Shown one piece after another: positions 1 through 10,073 of a stretch of DNA of 64,000 nucleotides; position 1 is the first letter of the stretch, and each line of letters begins with the position of its first letter. The DNA lies in contig JAHQXB010000063.1 of the NCBI GenBank assembly GCA_029856435.1, forward strand, positions 1-64,000. Direction: 5' to 3'. The notes under the pieces were generated by a model that searched no databases, was not told the origin of the DNA, and saw only the letters and a list, made by a program, of their open reading frames with translations. The stretch comes from Candidatus Jordarchaeia archaeon (GTDB taxonomy: Archaea; Asgardarchaeota; Jordiarchaeia; Jordiarchaeales; Jordiarchaeaceae). The position numbers and the translations under genes are program-made.

Positions 1-12
1 TTTAGTCCCCTA

Positions 13-155
13 TGCATTACCCACATTATGGGTAATTTTTCTCTCCCGGATTTTATATTTGTGTGATACTTTTATTTGCAGGAACAGGGAACTATGCATT
101 TTCCACACAAAATTAGGGAGAAGCAATTACCCTTTACCACCTATTGGGTAATGCA
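13..155. repeat. Long imperfect nested inverted repeat (hairpin)
   Basis: TGCATTACCCA 13-23 / TGGGTAATGCA 145-155; GGGTAATT 30-37 / AATTACCC 125-132; TCTCCC 42-47 / GGGAGA 116-121; TTTGTGTG 58-65 / CACACAAA 104-111. Confidence 0.75.
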
Positions 156-158
156 CAG

Positions 159-265
159 CCTTAACCTAGGAGTTATTTAAGGCTTCTTTTCCCAAAAAAA
201 GAGGAAAAAACAATATTTTCTGGAAGCGAAAAGGAAAAAATTAACTGGAAGGTCTATATGTATAG
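159..265 (+). repeat. Dispersed ~100-bp repeat, copy 1 (directly upstream of IS110 transposase ATG)
   Basis: CCTTAACC..GTTATTTAAGGCTTCTTT..ATATTTTCTGGAAGCGAAAAGGAAAAA.TTAACTGGAA shared with 11110-11213 (-) and 50824-50930 (+). Confidence 0.9.
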
Positions 266-271
266 GAATAG

Positions 272-1325
272 ATGAAATATATTATAGGAATCGATGTTCA
301 CAAAAAATACTGCTACGTATGCATGAAGGATATGGAAGGAAACATAAAAAAAGGGAATTCTTAATCCTAAACAAAAGTTACGGGGCCAGAACCCCGATCA
401 GCACCAAAGGGAACAGGAAGGCGAAAGCAGTCCTTTAGAGCACAGGCAACCTATCAAATTGTACACCAGCCTCAAAGAAGCAGGGGTGGAAGCGACGCTC
501 TCCAACCCCAAGAAGAACAAAGCCATAGCCGGAGCCAGAATAAAAACGGCAAAAGGAAACGCCAGAAACCCAACCGACCCCCTAGAACCAGCATGATAAC
601 CCCCTGCCTGCATCCCACCCCCAAGTTCCGCAAAATCCACGCCCTAGTAAGGCACCACATAAACCTCACAAGAAGCAGAACCCCAAGCGAAGAACAGCAT
701 CCACGCCCTCCTAAAGCAAGTACCAATTCCAAGAAGACCTCACTGGAAGCGACCAGTTCGGCAAAGCCGGCTGGGAGCGACTCCAAAAAACACGCACACA
801 AACTCCGGGAAGCCAACTTATAATGGAGGCCGAACTTTAGACAAATAGAGCTGCTTGATCAGTTGCTGGAGGAGGTTGATCTAAAAATAGCTGAAGAATA
901 ATTCCAAGACGAGGACGCTAAAGCTGCTCATGACCATACCCGGCGTCGACTACCCTACCGCCCTGCTCTTTATAAGCAAGATAGGGGACATAAGCCGGTT
1001 TCCAGGCGCCAACAAACTTGCAGGCTGGCTGGACCTCGTGCCAAAGCTTGGGGAGAGCGGCGAAAAAGCCGCAAGGGAGGAATAACAGAGGAGGGCTCAT
1101 CCTGCGTGAGGTGGGCGCCTAAACCAAGCAGCTCACGTGGCGGTGCGCTGGGATCCCCATTTCGCCCAGAAGTACCAGTGGATAAACAAGAGGTGGGGTG
1201 AGGTAAGGGCCATCTTGGCCATGGCGGGGAGATGGCTGTTGCCATGTACTATATGCTCAACCCGCAGGAAGCAAGTACCGCTTCAGAAAAGAGGAATCAG
1301 TAAGAGAAAGCTGGAACGAAGTTAG
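272..1325 (+). pseudogene. IS110-family transposase relic (frameshifted)
   Basis: From ATG 272: MKYIIGIDVHKKYCYVC (DEDD N-terminus); near 940-1045: IPGVDYPTALLFISKIGDISRFPGANKLAGWLDLVP (Transposase_20-like motif); no continuous frame. Confidence 0.85.
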
Positions 1326-1709
1326 AAATGGAAATAGGATAGGGGTAGGCCCTAAAGAGCTTCCCCCAACATGAGGCTCTGTTGAATAATTTTAATTTTT
1401 TAAATATTGGTTGTTTTTTGGAAATTTTTCAAATTTGACGGTGTAAAATTATAAAAAATTCATCAATATGTTAAAGGAAATTGAAAAAAATAAAACTTTT
1501 TCAATAGAGCCCGTGAGAGGACCCCACGTGTAGTGCAGCTTAACACTTCCGATGCCTCCTCCACTCCTCAGGCGCTAAGGTTTTTCATGGATGGATGTTC
1601 TTCGCCATATGGGAGTTAAGAGTATTTGGGTTTTTGTTATTAATTTTGTATATAGTAAGATTTATAGGCTTTCTCTAATAACTTTAGTTTTGTTTTGGAG
1701 GAATTCTAG

Positions 1710-2579
1710 ATGTATCTATTATTGTTACTTGCAACTTTATCTGTATTTGACGGTATAAATGCGTTTTTTCAAGCTCTTTTTAATGGTATTATGTTGTGGA
1801 TTTTTACCTATGGTTCTGCTGGTTTATTTGCAGCAATGCTTTTACAAGCGGTGGCTGCGCCCGTCCCCAGTGAGTTTATTTTGATGCTTGGTGGAGCCGC
1901 CTTCTCCCTCCAGTACTATGTAACTTTTTTTACTCCACTGATGGTATCGACTCCTGAGGTTTTTAATTTTTTTACACTAGTTCTCTTTGTACCTTTGGTT
2001 TTTCCAATTTTTAACTTTGATTATGGAATCTTTTTGGCGGGTTTAGTGGGGGGTACCGGGGAAGTGGTGGGTGGTGCTATAGGTTTTTACATTGCAAGAT
2101 TTGTCGGGAGACCAGTTATTGAACGCTGGGAAAATAAAGCCATTGTTATGGAGAAAGACGAGCATACATCTGATGGTGGGAGAGTAAGGCGAACTTTTGA
2201 TAAAATTGTTATTTATATTTTAGGAGACGCAGTTCTAATAGCAGACCAGTGGATTACGCGATATGGGTTTTGGGCCATCCTCGTTACCAGATTAACTCCA
2301 CTTATACCCTTTGACTTTATTTCTTATGGTGTAGGTCTGACCAAGGTGAAATTTAGGACTTTTATCATTCCCACTGTCATTGGAGGGTATCCCCGGGCCT
2401 TTATGTACTGTTTTTTTGGAGCAAAACTCCTACTCTACCTAAACTATGCAACTTTTGGTAATCCTTATACCCTGTTCTTTATCATAGTAGCAATGGTAGT
2501 CGCACTTTTGGCCGTAGTATACGAGTTTGTAATTAAGAGAAAATATTTAGCACCTAGAGAGGAGACAATAAAGAAATAG
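1710..2579 (+). CDS. DedA/TVP38-TMEM64 (VTT domain) membrane protein
   Basis: APVPSEFIL..GG; RLTPLIPFDFISYGVGLTKVKFRTFIIPTVIG; several hydrophobic helices. Confidence 0.85.
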   Translation: MYLLLLLATLSVFDGINAFFQALFNGIMLWIFTYGSAGLFAAMLLQAVAAPVPSEFILMLGGAAFSLQYYVTFFTPLMVSTPEVFNFFTLVLFVPLVFPIFNFDYGIFLAGLVGGTGEVVGGAIGFYIARFVGRPVIERWENKAIVMEKDEHTSDGGRVRRTFDKIVIYILGDAVLIADQWITRYGFWAILVTRLTPLIPFDFISYGVGLTKVKFRTFIIPTVIGGYPRAFMYCFFGAKLLLYLNYATFGNPYTLFFIIVAMVVALLAVVYEFVIKRKYLAPREETIKK

Positions 2580-2600
2580 GTTCTACCTTTAACCGGGGAT

Positions 2601-3599
2601 TCACTTGAGCAGTTTAATGTAGCTACCCATATTTTTCTTTTTTGCCAGCTGATAGACAACATTGGCGGCTGCTATGTCTTGAACCGCCATTCCTGTGGAG
2701 TCGAATAGTGTGATCTCGGTCTCGTTTTCTCTGCCCACATTCTTTCCAATTAAAATGTCTCCAATTTCCGCGTGAACATCTTTTTCTGTAATTAGCCCCT
2801 GTGCAAGGGCGTGTTGAATTTCTCCGATTATTTGGCACTGTTTGAAACTGTCCACCACAATTTTTGCTCTTTTCATAATTTTAGGGTCTAACTCTTGTTT
2901 TCCGGGAGCGTCTGCCCCAATTGCGTTGATGTGGACACCATCTGGGATCCATTCATCCATAACTAGGGCCTTATTGGAGGGTGTAGCTGTTACAATAATG
3001 TCTACTTCACTCACAGCCTCTTTTGGGGTGTTCACTGGTTTAACCTCGATGCCTAAGCATTCCATCATTTCAGCGGCATATTTCTCGCTGCCGGCACTGT
3101 GAATATTGTATACTTTTACTTGTTTGAGGGGAAAGATTTCGCTTAGCGCTAATACCTGCATCCTTGCTTGTGTGCCTGCACCTATTACTCCCACAATCTG
3201 GGAGTTTTTTCTGGCAAGTACACTTGCAGCCACTGCTCCCGCCGCGCCAGTTCGCACCGCTGTTATATAGGTTCCATCCATAATTGCCAGTGGCAGGCTG
3301 GTTTTCAGATCCATGAGGATTATTAACGCTATTCCTGACGGCAGGCCTATTTTGGGATTGTCATAATATCCAGAAGCTATTTTTGTTCCTATAAGTCCGA
3401 AGTCCTCTACGTACCCTGATTTTATATCTACCTCACCTCTGTATTTTTCCACTCCCAAGTGTATTATGGGAGCCAGTTCAACTCGCCCCCTGGCAAAAGC
3501 CTTGTACGCTTCTGCTACAGCCTTGATGGCCTCACTCATTGGAAGGCAAGACTTGACTTCTTCTTGGGATAGAATTATTACCTCAGACATTTTGCTCAC
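2601..3599 (-). CDS. Ornithine cyclodeaminase/mu-crystallin family (archaeal alanine dehydrogenase-like)
   Basis: ITAVRTGAAGAVAA, GVIGAGTQA, HINAIGADAPGKQELD, ITLFDSTGMAVQD. Confidence 0.9.
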   Translation of the reverse strand: MSKMSEVIILSQEEVKSCLPMSEAIKAVAEAYKAFARGRVELAPIIHLGVEKYRGEVDIKSGYVEDFGLIGTKIASGYYDNPKIGLPSGIALIILMDLKTSLPLAIMDGTYITAVRTGAAGAVAASVLARKNSQIVGVIGAGTQARMQVLALSEIFPLKQVKVYNIHSAGSEKYAAEMMECLGIEVKPVNTPKEAVSEVDIIVTATPSNKALVMDEWIPDGVHINAIGADAPGKQELDPKIMKRAKIVVDSFKQCQIIGEIQHALAQGLITEKDVHAEIGDILIGKNVGRENETEITLFDSTGMAVQDIAAANVVYQLAKKKNMGSYIKLLK

Positions 3600-3752
3600 G
3601 TAATGACCTATTCGATGAGAGAAGTATAGATAGATAGCAGGATTGAACCATAAAAGTTTATATTCTATCGGCTACCAGAAATTAGTGTTCTCAAGCAATG
3701 GTAGAACCATATTAAGAAAGGGGTAATAAAATTTGCTAAGGTAAGTTCCTGA

Positions 3753-4916
3753 ATGATTCATTATTTCGGGGTGAATGGTATGCCGATGAAGAATATTTTG
3801 GGCGATTTTCCAATTATCGAGAAGGTTAATTACTTGAATAGTGCGAGTATCGGGCTGGTTCCCAAGAAGGTTATTGATAGAACCAAGGAGTTTTTTGTGG
3901 ATTTGACTAGAGGTGGCACATTAACTTTGGATGAGGAGAAAGAAGCCTTGGTTTATGATGGCCTCAGAGAACAGGGGGCAAAACTTTTGGGGTGTGACCC
4001 AGATGACATAGCCATTTTTAACAGCGTTTCTGAAGCTGTGAATTCCATCGCTTGGAGTTTAGAGTTGAAGGAGGGACGGGTGGTATCCACGGGTATCGAG
4101 TTTCCAAGTGTTACCTATCCTTGGCTGAGAATTGCTCGAAAAGGGAAAATTGAGGTAAAGCTGGTTGAGGCTAAAAACTGGAGTGTCTCAGTTGATGATT
4201 TGTTCAGTGAAATAGATGAGGAAACGAGAGTTGTTGCTTTGAGTCATGTGGAATATTTAAATGGCCAAAAATGGGATATCAAGAAAATTGCTAAGCAGGC
4301 CCACGAGGTAGGGGCTATACTGGTTGTGGATGGTATACAAGCTGCGGGCTACCTACCTCTGAATGTTAGGGAAATAGCCGCCGATGTTTATATTACTGGG
4401 AGCTATAAATGGCTGATAGCTCCTTTCGGAACCGCTATAGCATACATTTCAAAAAAATTGTGTGATGAGCTGGAACCCGCTCTTGTGGGTTGGAGATCAA
4501 CAGAGGATATGTGGAATTTTAATGCCAGAGAGTTAACATTTGCGGCTAAAGCTAGGAAATTTGAATACAGCACGAGTGCATATGATGCGAAGCTTGGGCT
4601 TGTGGAATCAATAAAATATCTAAGAAAAGTGGGGATAGAAAAAATATATGAACATAACATGGCGCTAAATGAGATTCTGCGCCAAGAACTAGATTCAATA
4701 AAAGGTGTTAAAGTAATAACACCACAAGATAGAGGTTCCATAGTTACATTCTACATTGAGGGGAAGGACAGCAAGAATGTCGCTGAAAAGTTACGTAAAT
4801 TAAAGAGACCTGTGGAATTAAGTATAAGGTTAAACATGATTAGGTTATCTCCCCACCTGTACAACACAGAAGAAGATGCCCTCCAGTTTCTAGAGAGCTT
4901 AAAAAAGGCTATTTAG
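3753..4916 (+). CDS. Class V PLP-dependent aminotransferase / cysteine desulfurase-like (start probably 3786)
   Basis: YLNSASIG, VVDGIQAAG, TGSYKWL (PLP lysine), IRLSPHLYNT. Confidence 0.85.
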   Translation: MIHYFGVNGMPMKNILGDFPIIEKVNYLNSASIGLVPKKVIDRTKEFFVDLTRGGTLTLDEEKEALVYDGLREQGAKLLGCDPDDIAIFNSVSEAVNSIAWSLELKEGRVVSTGIEFPSVTYPWLRIARKGKIEVKLVEAKNWSVSVDDLFSEIDEETRVVALSHVEYLNGQKWDIKKIAKQAHEVGAILVVDGIQAAGYLPLNVREIAADVYITGSYKWLIAPFGTAIAYISKKLCDELEPALVGWRSTEDMWNFNARELTFAAKARKFEYSTSAYDAKLGLVESIKYLRKVGIEKIYEHNMALNEILRQELDSIKGVKVITPQDRGSIVTFYIEGKDSKNVAEKLRKLKRPVELSIRLNMIRLSPHLYNTEEDALQFLESLKKAI

Positions 4917-4949
4917 AAATAGTCTTCCACTAATTGTGTGAGGAAATGT

Positions 4950-5468
4950 CTACTTGATTTCCATAATTTTTTTCTTGAAATCCTCTAAATCTACTTCGTA
5001 GATTGTCCGGCTCTTAAGTGTGATGATATTTTTGTCTATCCCTATGTATCCGTTTTCTTCCAAGGTTTTGAGGTTTCTTCGGAGCTGTTCTTCGCCCATC
5101 TTATCCTTAAGAAAATTTAGCTCTTCCCTCTCTATTGGGGCTCCTTTTTCGAGAATCAAAGCCAAGATTACTGCCAGTGTGGCAGTTACAGACCTATCTA
5201 CCAGAAAACAGGGAACTAGAGACGAACCTAAATCGTTTACTGCAATTACCCATCTTCTTTCTGGGGAAATGTATTTTAATTGGAGACCGATTTCATTCAA
5301 CTTTTCTTGAAGCGTGTTTAGAAGGTCTTGGAGGTGGGACTCGTCCTCCTCATCTGAGAGGAATATTTCGCGTAATTCTTCAGATGTGATTCCTGGCTTT
5401 TTACCGTGACTCAGGAGAAGGAGTAGGGAGAGTAGCTGGAGTTCTGTTGACATTTTAGGCTTCCTCAA
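4950..5468 (-). CDS. ScpB-like / kite tandem winged-helix subunit
   Basis: Size, position after kleisin-like gene, two wHTH-like halves (GITSEELREIF..LQEKLNEIGLQL; LRRNLKTLEENGYI). Confidence 0.6.
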   Translation of the reverse strand: MRKPKMSTELQLLSLLLLLSHGKKPGITSEELREIFLSDEEDESHLQDLLNTLQEKLNEIGLQLKYISPERRWVIAVNDLGSSLVPCFLVDRSVTATLAVILALILEKGAPIEREELNFLKDKMGEEQLRRNLKTLEENGYIGIDKNIITLKSRTIYEVDLEDFKKKIMEIK

Positions 5469-6087
5469 GAAATCTTTTATTTCCTTCAGATACTACCTTA
5501 ATTTTTTTGCTGTCCAAAAGGAAGGTGAAGGCCATAAATTTTCTAACCGTCTCCTCCCAGTTTTCACCACGAATAATTCTGGAGAGTTCGGCTTTCTTTG
5601 ACTCCCGCAGAAGATTTAGAAAATTTTTCACAATATCCATAAAGGGGGGTTCATCATAAAAGTTTATAGTGTCTGCTTTTACTTCAGCCTTTATTTCCGG
5701 AGGGAACTCTAAGGAGGTATATTCGCGCCCCCTCAGAAATTGGAGGGAGTAGATTAGACCGGCTGTGGTTATGAGGTTCAATTTTACTATGGGGCGTATT
5801 TTGATAAGATTTGAGAGAGAGTCTATGTCGAGTCCTTGAAGCTTATTTTTGAGGTTCTTACCAGTTGGAAAATCGGGAAAAAGTAGTTTATATGCTTCAT
5901 TAATTTTTTTTTCATGAACCATAACAAGACCATATAGGGCCTCTGAGTGCTCTAATATTTTAGAATCTGCATTGGAGAGGTTTTCCTGGAGCTCGACTGC
6001 GTACTCATAGATGGGAATACTGAAAGGATTAGTGTCACCTCTTAGAACATTCATACACTCTTTGATAATCTCAGAGATTTTTTTCAT
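5455..6087 (-). CDS. ScpA-like kleisin
   Basis: N-terminal NPFSIPIYEY..HSEALYGL and C-terminal VRKFMAFTFLLDSKKIKV resemble kleisin N- and C-domains; follows SMC; start moved to MKKISEII to avoid overlap. Confidence 0.65.
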   Translation of the reverse strand: MKKISEIIKECMNVLRGDTNPFSIPIYEYAVELQENLSNADSKILEHSEALYGLVMVHEKKINEAYKLLFPDFPTGKNLKNKLQGLDIDSLSNLIKIRPIVKLNLITTAGLIYSLQFLRGREYTSLEFPPEIKAEVKADTINFYDEPPFMDIVKNFLNLLRESKKAELSRIIRGENWEETVRKFMAFTFLLDSKKIKVVSEGNKRFLEEA

Positions 6088-6094
6088 AGGAGCT

Positions 6095-8590
6095 TCAGCT
6101 CTTCTCAAAATCCTTTTTTTGCAGAATCTCCACTCTAGATTTACCTTCCGCGTCACGAAAAACTCCTATCACATGATCCGCTTGCTCAGCTATGCCTAAA
6201 CGCATAGGAGTGATGACAATATACTGAGAACGATTGGAGCAAGATTTAATCATCTTTGATATTGTTTCTTTGTTGGCAGGATCAGTGTGGATTCCAAATT
6301 CGTCAAAGAGATAAAATGGCGAAGGATGAACTCTTTGAAGCGCAAGTAGGAAGGCCATAGTTGTTACGTTTTTTTCTCCCCCTGAATGTTCACCAGTGTC
6401 CACAGATGTGGGTTCGTTCCCCCTAAAGCTTGAGTAAAGGTAAAGGTTTAGCTCCCCATTTTCTTGCTTTAACTCCACGAATCCCTTCCCATTAACTTCA
6501 CGGAGAATGTCAACAAAGTTTTCATTAAATTTAACCATCTTTGTCTGAAGCTCCTCTAAGAGCTTGGACTGCTCCTTTTTTAATGTGTCTATGAGAATAT
6601 CCCTTTCCTGTTCCAATTTTTTTGTTTGTTCTTCTATGTCTTTTACTGTTCCCTCATATTCTTCGAAGGATTTTAGATCCTCTTCTGAGTACTCCTTTAG
6701 GGCTTCCAGTTTTGCCTCTACCCTAATAATTTTCTGGTTTAGTTTAGGTAGCGGCAGAATTTCTTCTTCAGTGGGGCGAAGGATTGGATCTATCAGCTGG
6801 ATTTTGGGCTCCAAATCTTTTAATTCTTCGCGTAGTGAATTTGACCGGTTTCGGTAGAATTGTAAATCTCCTTCCAAGTTGTTCAGGCGAGCTTTGATCT
6901 CGGCAATCTCTTGCATTAAATAATCACGTGTTTTAGTCAGCGAGTTTAATTCGCGTTTCAATTCAACACGGTTACTAATAATATCCTTCTCCCTTTGTAC
7001 CAGTTCCTGAATTTTATCGGTGAGACCCTTCAGCTGTTTTGAAGTTTCTAATCTACCATCTGCGGTTTCACTGTTTTCGTTGCTGCTAGCACTAAATGAG
7101 CCGATGATTGAGAACTGTGTAGGGATATCAATGTTAAAGTAGCCTACGGGCGAATAAGTGATTCTGGTGCCATTAAGGGTTACCACAGGAGTATTATACA
7201 TTTTAGCATTAACCAATGCGTGCTCTAAGTTATCCACAATAAGATATCTTGATAGAATTTCTTCCACCATTGGGCGTAGAGCCTCGGGAACGGTTACCAT
7301 ATTTACTGCCCAGTCAATGATACCTTCGCCGGGGAAAATAGGCTTACTAGGGGGTGACTTTTCATATTTTTCAGTTACACAGTAGATGCGGGTTCTAATC
7401 CCCTTCGAGATTAATTTATCATGCAGGAGTATACAGTCTTGGCGGTTGGTGGTAACAAAGCTTTCTAGAACTCTTCTCCCAAGGGCGGATTCTATTGCCA
7501 AGTTGTATCTTGAATCTTTGATTTTCAAGTGTTCCACTATAGGCCCAATTACTTCACCTTTGATGCTGAGTGATTGTATTATTCGCTTAACCCTAGAAAT
7601 ATTTGAAGCATATGTTTTGGGGGTTAAGGTCTTATAATCTTCTTTTAAGGAGAGCACATAAGCCTGCAATCTTGATTTTTCCTCAGTGAGCTGTAATTTT
7701 TTCTGGTAAATTTCTTCCCTTTCGGCTGAAAGATTCTCCTCCCTTCTTTCCAAGCTGGAAATTTTTGTGCATGTAGAGTGGTATTCTTGTTCCTTCTTTT
7801 CAAGGGTTGAGTTGAGTTCATTTATTTCGATATTTAGTTTTTCTAATTTTTCTGTGGCTTGGGATAGCTCCATTTCTTTGTGATATTTTTGGGAGAAGGG
7901 GTACATGGCCTCCAGTTTATTTTTCATTTTTTCCAATTCAACCTTTTCCAAATATTTCTCTTTTCGAGTTTTTCGCAGTTTAAGCTCCTTTCTGGCTTCT
8001 CTCAATCTATTAGTCAAACCTTTAAGTTTCTCACTGTTTTCCCTGAGTTTTTCCCTACTTTCTTCGATTCTTTTCAGCACTGGGCCTAGCCCCAAAGCAT
8101 CTACAAAGAAATATGCGCGCTCATTTGGCTTGGCTTTAATAAGGTCGTTTACTTGTCCCTGGTGAATAGTTACCAAGGGATTGTCTGGATTTATACCCGC
8201 CTCGGATAGCAACGTCCTCAAATTACGCAGGTGAATGGGTTTACCGTTTAGCCGGAATAGGGACTGTTTTCCCCTACGAAGAATGCGTGTTATTTCGACC
8301 ATGTCGTCGTCTAAATCTTTGAAAATTTTTTCTCCAAAGCTATTTTTGTTTTCTATTAATATGGATATTCTAGCAGCCTTTTCTCCGTGGCGTATATACC
8401 TATCAAGCAATCTATGTCTCTCCCTTGCCAAAGATCCCAAAGCGATTCTAATTGCAGATATGATGGAAGTTTTTCCCGCCCCGTTACGACCCACTATTAC
8501 ATTGAAGGTGGGTGAAATGGGTATCGAAATATTATCATAGGACATAAAGTTATTGAGTTTTAACTCCGTAATCACGTTCTCGCCCCCCAC
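6095..8590 (-). CDS. smc: SMC-family ATPase, Smc5/6-like, short coiled-coil arms
   Basis: Walker A GRNGAGKT, hinge VIGPIVEHLKIKD..AIESALG, signature HSGGEK, Walker B PFYLFDEF; 831 aa. Confidence 0.9.
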   Translation of the reverse strand: MGGENVITELKLNNFMSYDNISIPISPTFNVIVGRNGAGKTSIISAIRIALGSLARERHRLLDRYIRHGEKAARISILIENKNSFGEKIFKDLDDDMVEITRILRRGKQSLFRLNGKPIHLRNLRTLLSEAGINPDNPLVTIHQGQVNDLIKAKPNERAYFFVDALGLGPVLKRIEESREKLRENSEKLKGLTNRLREARKELKLRKTRKEKYLEKVELEKMKNKLEAMYPFSQKYHKEMELSQATEKLEKLNIEINELNSTLEKKEQEYHSTCTKISSLERREENLSAEREEIYQKKLQLTEEKSRLQAYVLSLKEDYKTLTPKTYASNISRVKRIIQSLSIKGEVIGPIVEHLKIKDSRYNLAIESALGRRVLESFVTTNRQDCILLHDKLISKGIRTRIYCVTEKYEKSPPSKPIFPGEGIIDWAVNMVTVPEALRPMVEEILSRYLIVDNLEHALVNAKMYNTPVVTLNGTRITYSPVGYFNIDIPTQFSIIGSFSASSNENSETADGRLETSKQLKGLTDKIQELVQREKDIISNRVELKRELNSLTKTRDYLMQEIAEIKARLNNLEGDLQFYRNRSNSLREELKDLEPKIQLIDPILRPTEEEILPLPKLNQKIIRVEAKLEALKEYSEEDLKSFEEYEGTVKDIEEQTKKLEQERDILIDTLKKEQSKLLEELQTKMVKFNENFVDILREVNGKGFVELKQENGELNLYLYSSFRGNEPTSVDTGEHSGGEKNVTTMAFLLALQRVHPSPFYLFDEFGIHTDPANKETISKMIKSCSNRSQYIVITPMRLGIAEQADHVIGVFRDAEGKSRVEILQKKDFEKS

Positions 8591-9963
8591 ATCTTCTGCA
8601 TTGTTTCCTGAACTCTCTGAAATCTTTCTCGCTTCTCCTTTAAAACTTCAATACTTTTTTCGGGATTGGAAGTTAAAAATTCAAAATTTTTAGCGATAAC
8701 AATCTCATCCTTTGACAATGAGTCCCCACTTTTTAGCTTTGTAAGGGTTAAGAGTAGCTTTTCATATTTTTTATCGTCAGTTACAACATCCTGAATGAGA
8801 GCTTGGTGAAGATACTCCTCCCTTTGCAAGTTTCTTTTTTGTAACTGTTTTTCCTTTATTCTCTGCGATATCTCCGTTCTCATGGAGTGAGCTATTTCCA
8901 AAAGTATGTCTGTTGTCAATATTTTTTTGCGTCTTTTCTCCAGTAAAACCACAGCTCTGGAGACGAGATTTTCAAGATCCGCCCCAGAAAAGTTTTCCGT
9001 AGCCTCAGAAACCTGAGGGAAATCTATGTTCTTCTCATACAAGAGGCGAGACAGCAATACATGTAAAATCTCCGTTCTTGCTCTAACATCAGGTAGGGGA
9101 ACAGAGATTACATCGTCAAACCTTGTCCAAACCGCTGCGTCCAACAAATCCGGCCTGTTGGTAGCTGCGATGACTAGTATGGAGTGGTCGCACAGATTGG
9201 TGGAGTCAAGTTCGTCCAATAAGGCGGAAAGGACGGAGGACTGGTTTAAATCTCTGCTTTGCGCCAGAGCATCAAAATTATCTATAAAAAGAATGAGAGG
9301 CTTATTGTTTAAGTCTTCGCGGATGAATTTGAAAATTGCACGAATACCTAGAACAGTATCCTCTGGTGACCCTGTTGCCAAACTCTTTAGAAAATCGACT
9401 ATTGGGACTTTAGACTCTTTGGCTAGGGCATAGACTAGAGTGGTCTTTCCAGTTCCAGGCCTCCCATATACAAGCAATTTGCCACCCAGCTTAATCCCCT
9501 TAGATTTAAGCTCCGAGATTTTTCTCAGAAAAGAAGCATAATCGTTCAACTGTGCCTTCACATCTTCATAGTTCCCAAGGTGGTCAAATGTGAACGTTAA
9601 TTCTTCGGGTTTCTTTATTATAACTTGAAAATCGATCTCCTTTTCACGTTTAACTTTTTGTGTTAAAAGGATTGTTGCTGCTAACGCCCCAACAACTGAG
9701 TCAAACTTCTGGGATAAATTTCTTTTATCTTCCTCTAAACCGTTAATCCTATTAGTGAGGGTACTTATGCTCTTCTTAACAGTTTCTATTACTTCCCCAC
9801 TCAGACCACTAGCACCCTCCTTTAGGGAGTCTAATTCTTCTTTTAAACTGTTTATACTGTTTACAACATCCTCCAAGGCGTCCACAGTTGGAACATCTGC
9901 CAAGGGCGTTGAAATGTAGTCTACTCGTATTCTTCTACTCTTTGGCATGATGCATAACCCCAA
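8572..9963 (-). CDS. AAA+ ATPase with N-terminal coiled coil and atypical Walker B (start possibly 9948)
   Basis: GRPGTGKT, LFIDNFD, SRH AATNRPDLLDAA; overlaps the smc start. Confidence 0.85.
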   Translation of the reverse strand: MGLCIMPKSRRIRVDYISTPLADVPTVDALEDVVNSINSLKEELDSLKEGASGLSGEVIETVKKSISTLTNRINGLEEDKRNLSQKFDSVVGALAATILLTQKVKREKEIDFQVIIKKPEELTFTFDHLGNYEDVKAQLNDYASFLRKISELKSKGIKLGGKLLVYGRPGTGKTTLVYALAKESKVPIVDFLKSLATGSPEDTVLGIRAIFKFIREDLNNKPLILFIDNFDALAQSRDLNQSSVLSALLDELDSTNLCDHSILVIAATNRPDLLDAAVWTRFDDVISVPLPDVRARTEILHVLLSRLLYEKNIDFPQVSEATENFSGADLENLVSRAVVLLEKRRKKILTTDILLEIAHSMRTEISQRIKEKQLQKRNLQREEYLHQALIQDVVTDDKKYEKLLLTLTKLKSGDSLSKDEIVIAKNFEFLTSNPEKSIEVLKEKRERFQRVQETMQKMWGART

Positions 9964-10073
9964 TTTTAGTAAGAGGCACCGCTCCCAGAAAATGTTTTAA
10001 CTATTTAGTGTTTTAATGTATAATCAACAAGGGGTACTAAAATATTTCTAGTGGATTTTAAAAGGTAGGAGAA

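Noticed and set aside
272-1325. IS110 frameshifts as possible introns
   Set aside because: No BHB-framed hairpins were found at the breaks; multiple lesions fit ordinary decay.
1506-1620. GC-richer intergenic stretch as tRNA/ncRNA
   Set aside because: No acceptor stem, T-loop or other recognisable RNA motif on either strand.
4950-9963. Calling the SMC operon a Wadjet (JetABCD) defence system
   Set aside because: No JetD Toprim nuclease is adjacent, and the SMC head resembles Smc5/6; a defence role is unsupported by sequence alone.
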